The notes under the pieces are model-generated. The model worked only from the letters and a program-made list of their open reading frames with translations, did not search any database and was not told where the DNA came from. Both the position numbers and the translations under genes were made by a program. Below, in pieces: positions 50,387 through 63,601 of a stretch of DNA of 64,000 nt. Source of the stretch: Octopus sinensis (lineage: Eukaryota); NCBI RefSeq assembly GCF_006345805.1, contig NC_043003.1, positions 3,844,001 through 3,908,000 of the forward strand, in the 5' to 3' direction. Every line of letters starts with the position of its first letter. Position 1 is the stretch's first letter.

Positions 50387-50856
50387 GTCAGTCCACTTCT
50401 TACGCACTCACACACACATCTATATATATATATATACATAGATAGATAGGTAGATACATACATATATATATGTATGTATGTATAGGGAAAGTTTACGAAA
50501 ATAAACAAAAGACGAAGACAGGTGGTGTACAAAACAAACAGATGTATTAGTATAACGCTCAGGAATAGAAAAAGTTTTTTACGTTTCGAGCCTACGCTCT
50601 TCTACAGAAAGGGACACAGAATAAACAAGGAGAGAAAAAAATGTGTGTAGTGGCTAACGATCTATCATAGCGTCTTGGTCGTTTGTTTTTCTGTAAATTT
50701 TAACTGTATATATATATATAGATAGATAGATATAGATATATAGTTAAAATTTACAGAAAAACAAACAACCAAGACAGGTGTATTAGTTTAACGCTTGGGA
50801 AGGTGAGAAAGTTTTTTTACGTTTCGAACCTATGCTATCTACATATATATATAACA

Positions 50857-50929
<73 letters not shown>

Positions 50930-50987
50930 TATATATATATAGATATATATATATAATATATAGATAGATAGATAGATAGATAGATAG

Positions 50988-51020
<33 letters not shown>

Positions 51021-51321
51021 GTAGGTAGGTAGGTAGGTAGGTAGGTAGGTAGGTAGGTAGGTAGGTAGGTAGGTATGTATGTATGTATGTATGTATGTAT
51101 GTATGTATCCGTTAATATCACTTTATATTCTTGGTTGTCCAATGAGTTGGTTCGTTTCTTTCCCTTCTTGCACTTTATCGTCATATCTCTGAAAAAGAGG
51201 TAAAGCTCATTCATGTCTTTAAAACGATAAACAAATGTAGCAGATAAAGAATAGAGCTACGACAAAAAACAAATGATAAAATAATAATAATAATAATAAT
51301 AGAATAATAATAATAATAATA

Positions 51322-51377
<56 letters not shown>

Positions 51378-51413
51378 GTAATAATAATAATAATAGTAAT
51401 AATAATAACAATA

Positions 51414-51444
<31 letters not shown>

Positions 51445-51628
51445 TAGTAATGGTAATAATAATAACAATAATAATAATAATAATAGTAATAGTAATAATA
51501 ATAGTAATAGTAATAATACAGAAAAAAACAAAATATTTCAATTAAAAATATGTTTTCGAATATCATCGTAAAGAATTAAAATAAATCGCAGAGGAGAAAT
51601 CGAACGAATTCATCTGACAACACTATAA

Positions 51629-51672
<44 letters not shown>

Positions 51673-51760
51673 AATATATATATATATATCTAATATATAT
51701 ATATTATATATATATATTATATATATCTATATATATAATATAATATAATTATACACATAC

Positions 51761-51795
<35 letters not shown>

Positions 51796-51822
51796 CATAC
51801 AATACATATATATACATATATA

Positions 51823-51853
<31 letters not shown>

Positions 51854-51864
51854 ATACATACATA

Positions 51865-51910
<46 letters not shown>

Positions 51911-51932
51911 GATAATATATATATATATATAT

Positions 51933-52012
<80 letters not shown>

Positions 52013-52150
52013 ATATGTATGTATGTATGTATGTATGTGTGTGTATGTGGGTGTGTGCGTGTGTGTGTGTGGGTGTTGTTGTGTGTGTATTTATATATAT
52101 ATATGTTCGAGCGGTGAATTCAGCAACGCCATCTGGACAAAGCAACTACT

Positions 52151-52191
52151 CTGTGATGTTGAAGATCAACAACCCAGAAACTCGTCCACAG
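52151..52191 (+). ncRNA. Decayed hammerhead-like motif, homolog of the 7209 copy
   Basis: CTGTG-ATGTTGA-A...GAAAC-TC-GTC-CACAG: 5-bp stem I, damaged core and stem II; the flanks align with 7160-7400. Confidence 0.4.
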
Positions 52192-52703
52192 ATGTTGTCT
52201 GGCGCTAGATGGGAATACTGAGCTGCCTGTTCGAAAATATAAGGGCACAGATAGTGTCTCGTACAGCTAGCTAGAAACGATATTTCTTGGGGCTAAAACA
52301 ACAGTAATATCGTCCCTATCGGGACAGCCACATTATGTTGGCGAATAGCCTTTACTTTAAAGAACTCTTGCTAAGTGTCTCTCTTTGAGAGATTTAGAAA
52401 TAATATATATGTCATTCCATTAATATCTCTTTCTTCTTCTCAATTTTATGCCTTTCACTTTTATTCTTTGGCAGATATATTATTTACGTGATACTCGTTT
52501 CATTGATGTCTCTTAAGTGTATCAAAATATTTTAGTTTTAACACACTAACATAGAGTATTCTTGCGGAGTAGACATTTGTACACACATCTATCTATATGT
52601 CTCTCTCTATACATCTCTATCCGTCTGTCTATCTGTATGTCTGTCTGTATGTCTGTCTGTCTGCCTCTATGTATGTATGTATGTATGTATGTATGTATCT
52701 ATC

Positions 52704-52748
<45 letters not shown>

Positions 52749-53872
52749 TCATCTATCTGTCCGTCTTTCTGTATACATATATGTATTATGCCTATCCTTA
52801 CTTCTCCTTCTCTTCCTCTCTCTCTCTTTCTCTCTGTTACTATATGTGTGGTGGGGATGTTTCTCTTCTAACATTGTTAAATCAAAACACGACTATGATC
52901 ACATTTCATGCTTTTTTTAAAAAAGATTTTCCATCTTTTCTTTGTTAAAACTTTCTTTGGTTTATAGCAAAACCATTTCTAAATCCATTATGCACAATCG
53001 TAATTTCAAACTAAAATGCTATAATGCTGTGTTGTTTGAACGCTCAACAGTAAACCATAAACGTTTATGAGTATAATTTTATAACCGATTAAATCATCAA
53101 TACCAGATTCAAAATTATAAATGATGCCTGAGAGATTTTATGATATATTGATTAGACGTGACATGTTTGTGTTTTATTAAGGTTTGTATTTTGCAATTAT
53201 TAAATCTTTCTAGTTATCCTCAATTTTTTGTGGTATTCTAAACAAAGCCAATCGGTTATCAGTTAATGCTTTTCTATCCAATTATATTTCGCGTACTGTA
53301 TAATTATAATGAATTATGACGTGCCCCTTTTTGCGAATTCATGGTCAACCGACGTGAAAGGGTCGTCCTTGGGACTTCGATGTAACAGTCGGAGTCATTA
53401 AGTTTACAACTTTCATGTTTACATAGAAATTTCTGTATAACATTTACCAGTGTCGTACGTTCTGTGGTTTACTAGATTGTGGTTTTGTGTTGCTGAATTT
53501 TTAATGATGCTGGTGTTATTGCGAAATATCCTAACTCTGATTTTGTGCTTAGGGCATTCGGCTCACAATCGTAAGGTCGTGAGTTCAATTCCTGGCGATG
53601 CATTGTGTCCTCGAGCAAGACACTTTATTTCACGTTGCTCCAGTCCACTCAGCTGGCAAAAATGAGCAGTACCTCTGATTCAAAGGGCCAGCCTAGTCAC
53701 ACTCCGTGTCACAGTGAATCTCCCTGAGAACTACGTTAAGATTACGCATGTCTGTGGAGTGCTCAGCCACTTGCTCACTTGTTCCCTTGATCGGATCAAT
53801 TGGAACCCTCGTCGTCGTAACCGACGGAGTGCCACGTGCCATATATATATATATATATATATAATATATATA

Positions 53873-53953
<81 letters not shown>

Positions 53954-53975
53954 CTTTCCTTTATTCCCTGTCGTC

Positions 53976-54013
53976 TTTGTTCTGAAGAAGGACTCTGTCC
54001 AAAACGTCACAAA
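53976..54013 (+). ncRNA. Inactivated hammerhead motif (G12A)
   Basis: TTTGT-T-CTGAAGA-A-GGAC/TCT/GTCC-AAAAC-GTC-ACAAA; GAAA is replaced by AAAA at a former CpG. Confidence 0.5.
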
Positions 54014-54276
54014 CTTCACCAATATTACTTTTGCTCTTTCTATCACATCTCCCCATTAAATACGGTTCTTGTTAATTTTCACAATCATTTATCTTGGATT
54101 CAGTTTTATGCGTACATACATAAATACATACACAATACATGCACACAAATAAACGTATCCCTGCCTCCCTCCTTCCCGCCATCCATCCATCCATCCGTAC
54201 GTACGTATGTATGTATGTATGTATGTATGTATGTATGTATGTATGTATGTATGATGTATGTATGTATGTATGTATG

Positions 54277-54307
<31 letters not shown>

Positions 54308-54579
54308 TGTGTTAACCGTTATATGACGGTTAAATCAGGAAGTCTGCTTTTACCGCGGTAGTAATAATATTAGATAACTTTACATATAGTTAATTTTACT
54401 TTACCACTGGTGTAATACTATTCAGTACGTTACATATATACAATAATTATATTTTCATTTAGTTTCCCAAATTTTCAAATGCCTCTACAGAGTACTAACG
54501 TGAAGATATATTTATAAAATATATATTTTATTATTAAATTGAAATATTCTCAAAAATTCGAAAGAGCGTCACTTTAGAG

Positions 54580-54780
54580 CAGTGGTTTTCAACCAGGGTT
54601 CCGCCAGTACAGTCCAGGGGTTCCGCAAGAAGTTACAAAACTGCTAAAATCGGCAGTAATTTTTAATTCTCCTGTGCAGATATGTGTGCATAAGACTATC
54701 AAATTATTGCACGGGGGTTCCTCGAGCCAATGGAATGTTTTCTTGGGGTTCCGCTCCAGCAAAACGTTTGAAAAGCACTG
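54580..54780. mobile_element. hAT MITE 2, second copy in opposite orientation
   Basis: Reverse complement of 41382-41588; perfect TSD CTTTAGAG (54572-79, 54781-88). Confidence 0.93.
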
Positions 54781-55838
54781 CTTTAGAGTTTATTTTCATC
54801 TTTAGCCATTCCAGAAGAACGGGACAGCGAGAGGAAACTGTGTGAACTTTAAACAATTTGCTTGTTGAATTAAAGTTTAATTAAAACAAATTTCTCATTT
54901 GTGTTTTTGCAATAAATGTACATTATCAGGAACACTATCATGGATTGGATCTTTTCGCTTTGACCGGCAGATTTTTAAAGTAATTTCTTTGTAACTAAAC
55001 ACTTTTAAACTTCGTATACTGGTAGAATGTGTTTATAAAACATCTTTTTCGCTTGCTTTCTTGAGAAAATTCTGCAGTTTGTAAGCTATTTGTTGTTTAA
55101 TTACTTGCATTTCGCCAATTTCAACCAATCAATGACGTCTGTTGAGGTGAATACAATATCTCCGGATCTTTGTCAACAACAATTATTTGGCCAACAATGC
55201 AAGGTAGAGGTTATCTCCCTTCCTCTGTATTCTTTTCTGCTCTCGGCACAAGGCCCGAAATTTTGGGGGAGAAGGCCATTCGATTAGATCGACCCTTGTA
55301 CGCAACTGGTAGTTCATTTATCGACCCTGACTGGATGAAAGGCAAAGTCAACCTAGGTGAAACTTGAACTCAGAACGTAAAGACAGGCGAAATACCGCTA
55401 GACACTTCGAGCGGAGTGATAACGTTTCGCTCCTTTCCTTTATATTGAGTATTAGACATGTTTGTGCATTGTGTGTGTGTATGTGTGTGCGTGAATGAGT
55501 GCGTGTATGTGTGTGTGTTAAGAGATAGATAGAGTGTGTGTGTGTGTGTGGTGTGTGTTTGTGTGTAAGCGCATGTATAGTGTTTATAGGTGTATGTATG
55601 TGTGTGGGTGCGTGCAAATTTATAGATTAGCAACCATGTCTTGTTCAAATAGAATTACCCATTCTTTTGCTCTGGAGATATCAAAATATTCGTCCGATCT
55701 GCCATTAATTTTCCGAAAAACGAAACCTCAAAAATAAGGAAGAACGGATTTTAAATCTTGTCCGAACAAGACTTCAAGAATTATTTCCCTTTATAACGCT
55801 TCATTAGGTTATGTAGAGACATGCTGGGACACGCAGAA

Positions 55839-55924
<86 letters not shown>

Positions 55925-55929
55925 ATGCG

Positions 55930-55971
<42 letters not shown>

Positions 55972-56716
55972 CGTGCAGATTTGTACGTTTAAGTTTATGT
56001 ATTTATTTTCAAGCATACAGTTGCATGCTCAGACATGCAACTGTCTGTCTGTCTGTATGTGTGTGTGTTAAAATGTGCTTAACTAAACAGTATTGACGAA
56101 TTTAAAAGTTTTGCATGACTTGATAAAACAAAGATTCATAAGTGTTTGTGCGCGTGTACGTGTGTGTGTGTGTGTGTGTGTGTTTGTGTATGTGTATTAT
56201 GTCGTGAGTATGGATTTAGATATGCGTGTGTATTGCGTGTGATTGCATGTATGTGTGTGTAATGGTTAAATTAACGGGCAGATATTCGTTTCTAGGTCAG
56301 GAAAAAAAAGATTATCTTTTTCAAGGGAAGGAACTCTGTAAAGTATTTTCGAGTTATTTCCACTTGAATTATATTCGTTTTGTGATGATCACACACGTCA
56401 TATTGGAGGTCCGAGTATTTGAAGGAAAGGGTTAAAAAAAAAGAAAGAAAGAAAGAAAGAAAGAAAGAAACAAACAAACAAACAAACAAACAAATTGTAT
56501 TAATAATGAAGGAAGCTGCTTATATTTGCGATGGAAGCGTGAATGTAATTTGAGTCCTTTTTCGATCCAAAAGGGTTTTTTTAAATCCAATATTTACTGG
56601 TTGTTATTTTACTATAGCCTCGGGCCGACCAAAGCCTTGTGAGTGGATTTGGTGAACGGAAACTGAAAGAAGCCTGTCGTATATATCTATGTATGTATAT
56701 ATATATATATATATAC

Positions 56717-57023
56717 GCGAGAAAGAAGCAACAAGAATGGATAGGTTTTTAGTACGATCGTTTCATACAAGGACAGGTTTTATTAAAAGTTGCAAAGATT
56801 ACAGCATATAATCGTTTATATGCTGTAATCTTTGCAACTTTTAATAAAACCTGTCCTTGTATGAAACGATCGTACTAAAAACCTATCCATTCTTGTTGCT
56901 TCTTTCTCGCTTATAATCACCCCACATTACTGTATTGTTAAATCAGTATAGTTTTTTTTGGTGCATCTAAGTTAGGTACCATATTCAAGTAAATTTTTTA
57001 AATTAACTTGAATCTTTATTGCT
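56717..57023. mobile_element. Penelope-like pLTR fragment with a perfect 95-bp-arm hairpin, nested in a family-B SINE
   Basis: 56717-56811 is the exact reverse complement of 56816-56910 (loop TCGT); homologous to 24145-24767; SINE halves at 56605-56700 and 57130-57320. Confidence 0.85.
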
Positions 57024-57026
57024 CTT

Positions 57027-57080
<54 letters not shown>

Positions 57081-57100
57081 TGTATGTATGTATGTATGTA

Positions 57101-57138
<38 letters not shown>

Positions 57139-57400
57139 TCCTCCAACATTGCTTGACAACCGATGCTGGTGTGTTTACGTCCCCGTAACCTAGCGGTTTA
57201 GCAAATGACGCTGATAGAATAAGTACTAGGCTTACAAAGAATAAGTCCTGGGATCGATTTACTCGACTAAAGGCGGTGCTCCAGCATAGCCGCAGTCAAA
57301 TGCCTGAAACAAATAAGAGAATAAGGAGAAGGGAGTGGGTCAGAGAGGAGGATCGTTCGATGTAAGCCAAAACAGATTCTGGCTTCCTTAATTTGACCAG

Positions 57401-57579
57401 AACCTGTTGTATTCGCAGACGACACAAAAAAACAGGAAGAAAATTCCAGTAGTAATTCTTCTGGTATTTCCAAGCTGAAAAAGTGGAGGGCTGGTATAGA
57501 CACGGGAAGAAGGAGACACCATTTTGAGATATGGCTCTGTAAGACAGTCATCATGGGACGCCATGAAGGAAAAAAATGA
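57401..57579 (+). CDS. Candidate coding exon (EPVVFADDTKKQEENSSSNSSGISKLKKWRAG...), possible continuation of the 50254 exon
   Basis: AG at 57399-400; the phase-1 frame matches the upstream donor and stays open for 59 codons to TGA 57577-79; the acceptor is only moderate and internal donors are possible. Confidence 0.3.
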
Positions 57580-57796
57580 GGAGGAAAACGGAGGGGAGGA
57601 GGGGGAGGGCCCGTAATATTTACAGTCCGTAGTGAGAATATGGAGGTGAGGTGTGGTAAGAAGCTTCCTTCCTAACTACAAGGTTTCGGGCTCAGTCCCT
57701 CTACGTGGCATCTTGGGCAAGTGTCTTCTACTATAGCCTCGAGCCGACCAAAGTCTTGTGAGTAGAGGGAAACTGAAAGAAGCGTGTCATATACGG

Positions 57797-57850
<54 letters not shown>

Positions 57851-60800
57851 CCACTGCTTGACAACCGATGTTGGTGTGTTTACGTAACTAAGCGGTTCGG
57901 CTAACGAAGACGTATGAAATAAATACTAGACTTAAGAAAATAAGTGCTGGTGTCGATTCGTTCGACTAAAAACGCTTCAATGCGGTGCTCCAGCATGGCC
58001 GCAGTTAAATGACTGAAACATGTAAAAGCTAAAAAGACAGAAATTTGAAACTGAAGTAGCCAATGTCCAGATGGTGGTTTATTCTCGGATGGTCTGTTAT
58101 GACCACCACAATTAGGAAAGACAGAAAACTAAAAGCTCAGAAAATTAGAAAGTGATTATAGCATGGAACGAGACTAATCTCTTTATTTCTGACGACGGAA
58201 GGGATAAAATTTTGTTGAATTTTAAGATCTGATGAGATTACCTGGAACCAAACCATAGATGTTTGTTATAGAACAGGGGTGGGGTGGGGGGGATGTATTT
58301 GTGATAGAAATGAGGTCATTGCTGTTCTGCGAGGCATAATTTAGAATTGTCATAATCAATATAGAAGGGGAGACAATAATTGACGCAGAAAATCGTTGAG
58401 AGGTAAATATTTAACCGGAAGCGAGCATTTGGAATATTTCTAGAATTAAATATGGACTGAGAACTTTTACAGACGTGGGATTGTTTTGGGCTATCGGGAA
58501 TATTATTCTTGGGGCTTTCATCATATTTTGTGGCTGATGGGATATCTGGACAAGAACGGCCTCAACTCGAAATGGTGGTATATTTCCTCATGGCACATAC
58601 TCTAATTTACAGTTTTTTTATTAATTACTTCCGTTATGAATATTAATCAGGGAGTTATCTAGGTCTTTAAGTAATTAGACATCCTGTTATCGAGAAAGGT
58701 CATCCCTAACACTGTAAAGATGTCTGGAAACCGATTCAGTATTAAGATGATCTCAGACTAGTGGAATTGGTATCGCTTGTCCTCGTTTCAAACTTTCCTT
58801 CGCTAAAATCGGATGAATTCGCGAGAAGTCTCTTGGAATTTTATAGCAAAAAGAAAAAAATGATGTTAAATTTTCCCATTAACGTGTATTTTTATAAAGA
58901 GTTCTGGCAGAAACATTCCTGCAAGTCTGTGATGGTGCTAGTGGTGGCGCCAATGCTTTGACCCAAATCAAACAAGATGCGGCCAGAAAACATGAAACAA
59001 AGTGTTAATTCTAGCACAAGTAAATGTTTTTAGAATTTTGGCCCAAGGTTACAATTTTAGGGAGATGGCGTATTACACCATTCCCAGTCTGGTACATATT
59101 CAATCAGATCTCTTTTGCCGACCCCGAAGGAATAGTAGGCAAAGCTGAACTCGGTGACATTGCACTCAGAACGTAAAGAGCCGAAAGTAATTCTGCTAAG
59201 CATTTTGTTCGACGCGCTAACGATTCTGCCAGCTTGCCACTTTTTTCTAATAACATGAAATATGCCACGAATTTCAATAATTCTAATTCAAAGCCATTTC
59301 TTGGTGTAATAGCCATGATACAATAAATAACAAGAGCGCTCAGAGAGCGCAACGTCCTCTCAACGATTAGCCAGAGATGATTTTTTTAAATGAGAAAATT
59401 TAAAATAAACTCGACTGCTCTCATAAACGAGAATACTAAAAACGAACCCGACCGCTCTCAAAAATTTCATTTAATGGCGGTGCCCCAGCAAATGGCGGTG
59501 CCCCAGCAAATGGCGGTGCCCCAGCATGGCCACAGCTCATAAGCTGAAACTAGAATCAATCATTAAAAAACTGGAAAAATAATCCAGAATTCTTGTCCTG
59601 TGGCGGATCAATTCCAAAATCTAATCAGTTCGTGTCCGTTACGAGTCCAAACATCCCTGAAAGTTACATCCGAATCCATCCAGCGGTTCTTGAGATATCT
59701 TGTCCACGGACAAACAAACAAACACGACTGAAAACAATACCTTTGCCTTCGTTAAGGCGGAGGTACAAAGACACAGACTAAACATGGCGATATTTCTGCT
59801 GTGTTGGGTTGTTTGACGCGAAACAAAAGGTAAATTCTTGGAGATTCAGATTTTTCAACGGGTCTCCTATTCATGGTTAATTATAGCTAGATTGTTGATT
59901 CTGTAGTCCACAATTAGATTTGCAAATAAGTTTTTGTCATCCACAGCTTGAAGGAAACTGTGTTGAAGCCTTCACTGCTTACAGATCATGTTACATAGAT
60001 ACAGATGCAGTTTGAGTCAGAGAAGACACGTTTTGTAGAGTTGCCAAAGTTGATGTAACATCTTTGATTCCAAATGTGTAACTTCCACATCTTCTTTACC
60101 GTTATTTTGAGGCTACTGATATTAAGGAACTGGTCACGTTTGGGATTAAGATAGAGAAAAGTTCTTCATTATATATATTAAAGATTTACTGTCAAGAAGC
60201 TGCATCGGAGCTCTGAACAAGTCCTGTCTAAAACATGGAGGAAGTTCCCAGAGTAACAAAAAATTATAATATATATATTAAGAAAAAAAAGATGAAAATA
60301 TCTCAACTGTTTGCTTGTTGACCTCCAGCTTGGCTGTGTGGTAAGAAGCTTGCTTCCCAACCACATGCTTCCGGGTTCAGTCCCACTGCGTGGCATCTTG
60401 GGCAAGTGTCTTATACTATAGCCTCGGGTTGACCAAACCCTTTTGAGTGGATTTGGTGGAACCGAAAGAAGCTCGTCGTATTTATATATATGCTGAAACC
60501 CCCTTCGGTCATGACTGACCATGGGATTGCACCTAGAAAGTTACCCTCCCAGGCGCAAGTCCAGGCAAGGCGGTTTATGGAAGACCAGCAGTCGCCCATG
60601 CATACCAGCCTCCCCTCTCCACACCACCAATGTTATCCAAGGGAAACGCAAAGGGGCCGATACAGCTTGGCACCTGTGACGTCGCAACTCATTTCTACAG
60701 CTGAGTGAACTGGAGCAATGTGAAATAAAGTGTCTTGCTCAAGAACACAACACACAGCCCGGTCCGGGATTCGAACTCACAACCTCACGATCGTAAGGTC

Positions 60801-61349
60801 GACGCACTAACCACTGAGCCATGCGTCTTATATGTGTCTGTGTGTGTGTGAGACACCCACCATAGCGTGGCAGCCGATGCTGGTGTGTTTGCGTCCCCGA
60901 AACACTTAGCGGTTTGGCAAAATAGACCGATAGAATAGGCTTACAAAGAATAAGTCCTGGGGGCGATTTGTTCTACTAAAAGGCGGTGCTCCAGCATGGC
61001 CGCAATCAAATGACTGAAACAAGTAAAAGAGTTTTAAAAGAATAGACAAAGACAAATAAAACAAACGTTTAACAAAACATTTCCCCTCCTTGGCCGCCGC
61101 TGATTGTTTAATAAACAGCGAAGCATTCGATGGGGATGGTCATGGAAACAGAACGGAAAAGAACGTGATTTCAGTCAAAGCAAAATCGCGGACGTGGACC
61201 GAATGGGTGGATGAAGGATTAGGCTTAGATTTAGATTAAATGGTGAGTGGTTGGGTGAGGTTTGGCCTGCTTGGGGACCCTGGCCTGGCACCGCCAGTGG
61301 TTGATGCCGTAGAAGTACACAACCACGAAAACACCACCATATGACCCTC

Positions 61350-61442
61350 TGCCACCGCCACCACCACCACCACCATCACTACTACTACTACGACTGTCAC
61401 CACCACCACCACAACCGCCGCCACCACCAAACCACCACCACC

Positions 61443-61484
<42 letters not shown>

Positions 61485-61553
61485 GCTACTGCTACGGTCA
61501 CCACCACCACCACCTCCACCACCACCACCACTACTACTACCACTACTACTACT

Positions 61554-61602
<49 letters not shown>

Positions 61603-61612
61603 CACTACCACC
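61350..61612. repeat. Compound trinucleotide repeat (ACC)n/(ACT)n
   Basis: Directly visible; similar arrays at 4240-4400, 29300-29445, 45740-45790, 51280-51520. Confidence 0.95.
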
Positions 61613-62182
61613 TTCACTCAGGCATTAACCAATCTATTACAATGTCGCAATATTTGTGTCCAAGAAAAGGCGGTGGAATGGCCAAAACCGTTACCGCGCC
61701 GGACGAAATGCTTAGCGGCATTTCTTCCTTCATAAGTACAAGTGGGGCAAAAGGGTCGAATTGATCGACTTACCCGCTCCCTGAAATTCCTGGCCTTGCG
61801 CCGAATTTTGAAACTAATCTTAAGTGTTTAGATGTCGCCATGTCATCTCACAAAATAATCCCAAATCAAATTAAAAAAACGATGTTTTTTGTTAATTCCA
61901 CTGAAAAACCATCGAACCATTTCACTGAAACTTGGAGGAAATCTATTAAACACGCGATATCTGATATTTCTATATCCACCCTTACCTATCTTAGTCGGGG
62001 TTAGCCCCTCAAACAACACTCCCCTCCTATCTTACAACACACTTTTACTATTTAAACTTATTCGGCTAAATTCTTCAGACTTACTTTTGCTGACTAATTA
62101 ATTATATACACTAACTTCTAATTAGTTGGACTTCAGTTTTAAACAACTAATCTGTCATTCTGCTTGTTCCTCCTCTCTCTCT

Positions 62183-62213
<31 letters not shown>

Positions 62214-62863
62214 CCTCTTCATATATATATCAATCAATCGCTCATTCCCTCTCTCTCTCTCTCTCTCTCCCTCTCTCTCCCTCTCTCTCTCTCTCTCTCC
62301 CTCTTTATATATATATATATCCATTAATCGCTCATTCTCTCTCTCTCTCTGACTCAATTTCTCTATAAATGTATCTTCTCCTCCTTCTACCTCTTTCTAC
62401 CGCAAATCTATCACACCTCTGCCTCTCTCTCTTTCCCTCTCCTCTTACACATAAAGAGAAATATACTCACACGCATAAACATAGAGAGAGAGAGAGGGGG
62501 GGAGAGCAGGAGGAGGAATGGAGAGCAAGCGAGAGAGAGAGAGAGAGAGAGAAGAGAGAAAACAAGAGAACCAGTAGATTTCTGTTTCTTTTGAAGTTGG
62601 GACGTGAAACACATTTTTGAAGCTGTTGGGTTGGAGAGTAGAAGGGGGGAGAGAAGGTGTTTTAATGGGAGGGGAGGGTTAGGTGAGAAGTAAAAGACGG
62701 GGGATGGGGGGGATCTAGTTGTTCAAATTGAAACAGTTGGGCGCAGCTGTTTGGGCACAGCTGCTTGGGCGCTGATGATTTGACACGGCTGAATGGACAA
62801 TCAACATGTTTTAACGACAGAATGTTTTGGTCCTGGAGACAAATACACACACACACACGCATA

Positions 62864-62905
<42 letters not shown>

Positions 62906-63551
62906 GAAGTATACGCGTACAGATAGAAGTGGGGAAGAGAGAAATGGAGAGAGGAGCATTTCTATTTATTTAATTGGACACGACTGACATAAATACTTTC
63001 CCTCTGCTCTTACGCATATAAACGGAGATTGAGAGGGAGAGAGAGAGGGGGTAGAAAGAGGAAGGGAGAGACAGAGAAAGAGAGAGAGGAAGGGGAAGAA
63101 AGAGAAAGAGAGAGAGAGGAAGGGAGAGAGAGAGAGAAAAGAAAATGAGAGAGAAGGAAGAAAACGATAGAACCAGCAGAGAAACGTTAAAACGTGTGAT
63201 GTCAAATAAGTCAGCGTCGAATGAGCGACGCCAGATAGGCGGCACCAAAACAGCTACGCCAACACGTCTCGAACCCGTTCATTGTTTACGATTCCGATAG
63301 GGATGTACATCATTCGTGCATCAATCGAATCGTATAAATTTAATAATGGAAAATCAATGTTTCAAATCAGACCAAAAATGTTTCTAGGCTCCTTCGTTTC
63401 AGCAATGAAGTTTTTCAGAAGGATCTTCAAAGCATTTTCACCCAAAATTTTCCCCAAAAATTTTAAGGGGTACGCCTGCAACCCCTGCACCCAATGTTTC
63501 TAAGTCTATGGAAGGAGAATAGTGGGTTTGTGTGTGTGTGTGTGTGTGTGC

Positions 63552-63601
<50 letters not shown>

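Noticed and set aside
58225-58262. CTGATGA followed by CAAAC
   Set aside because: No stem II, no GAAA and no NUH site with a matching stem I.
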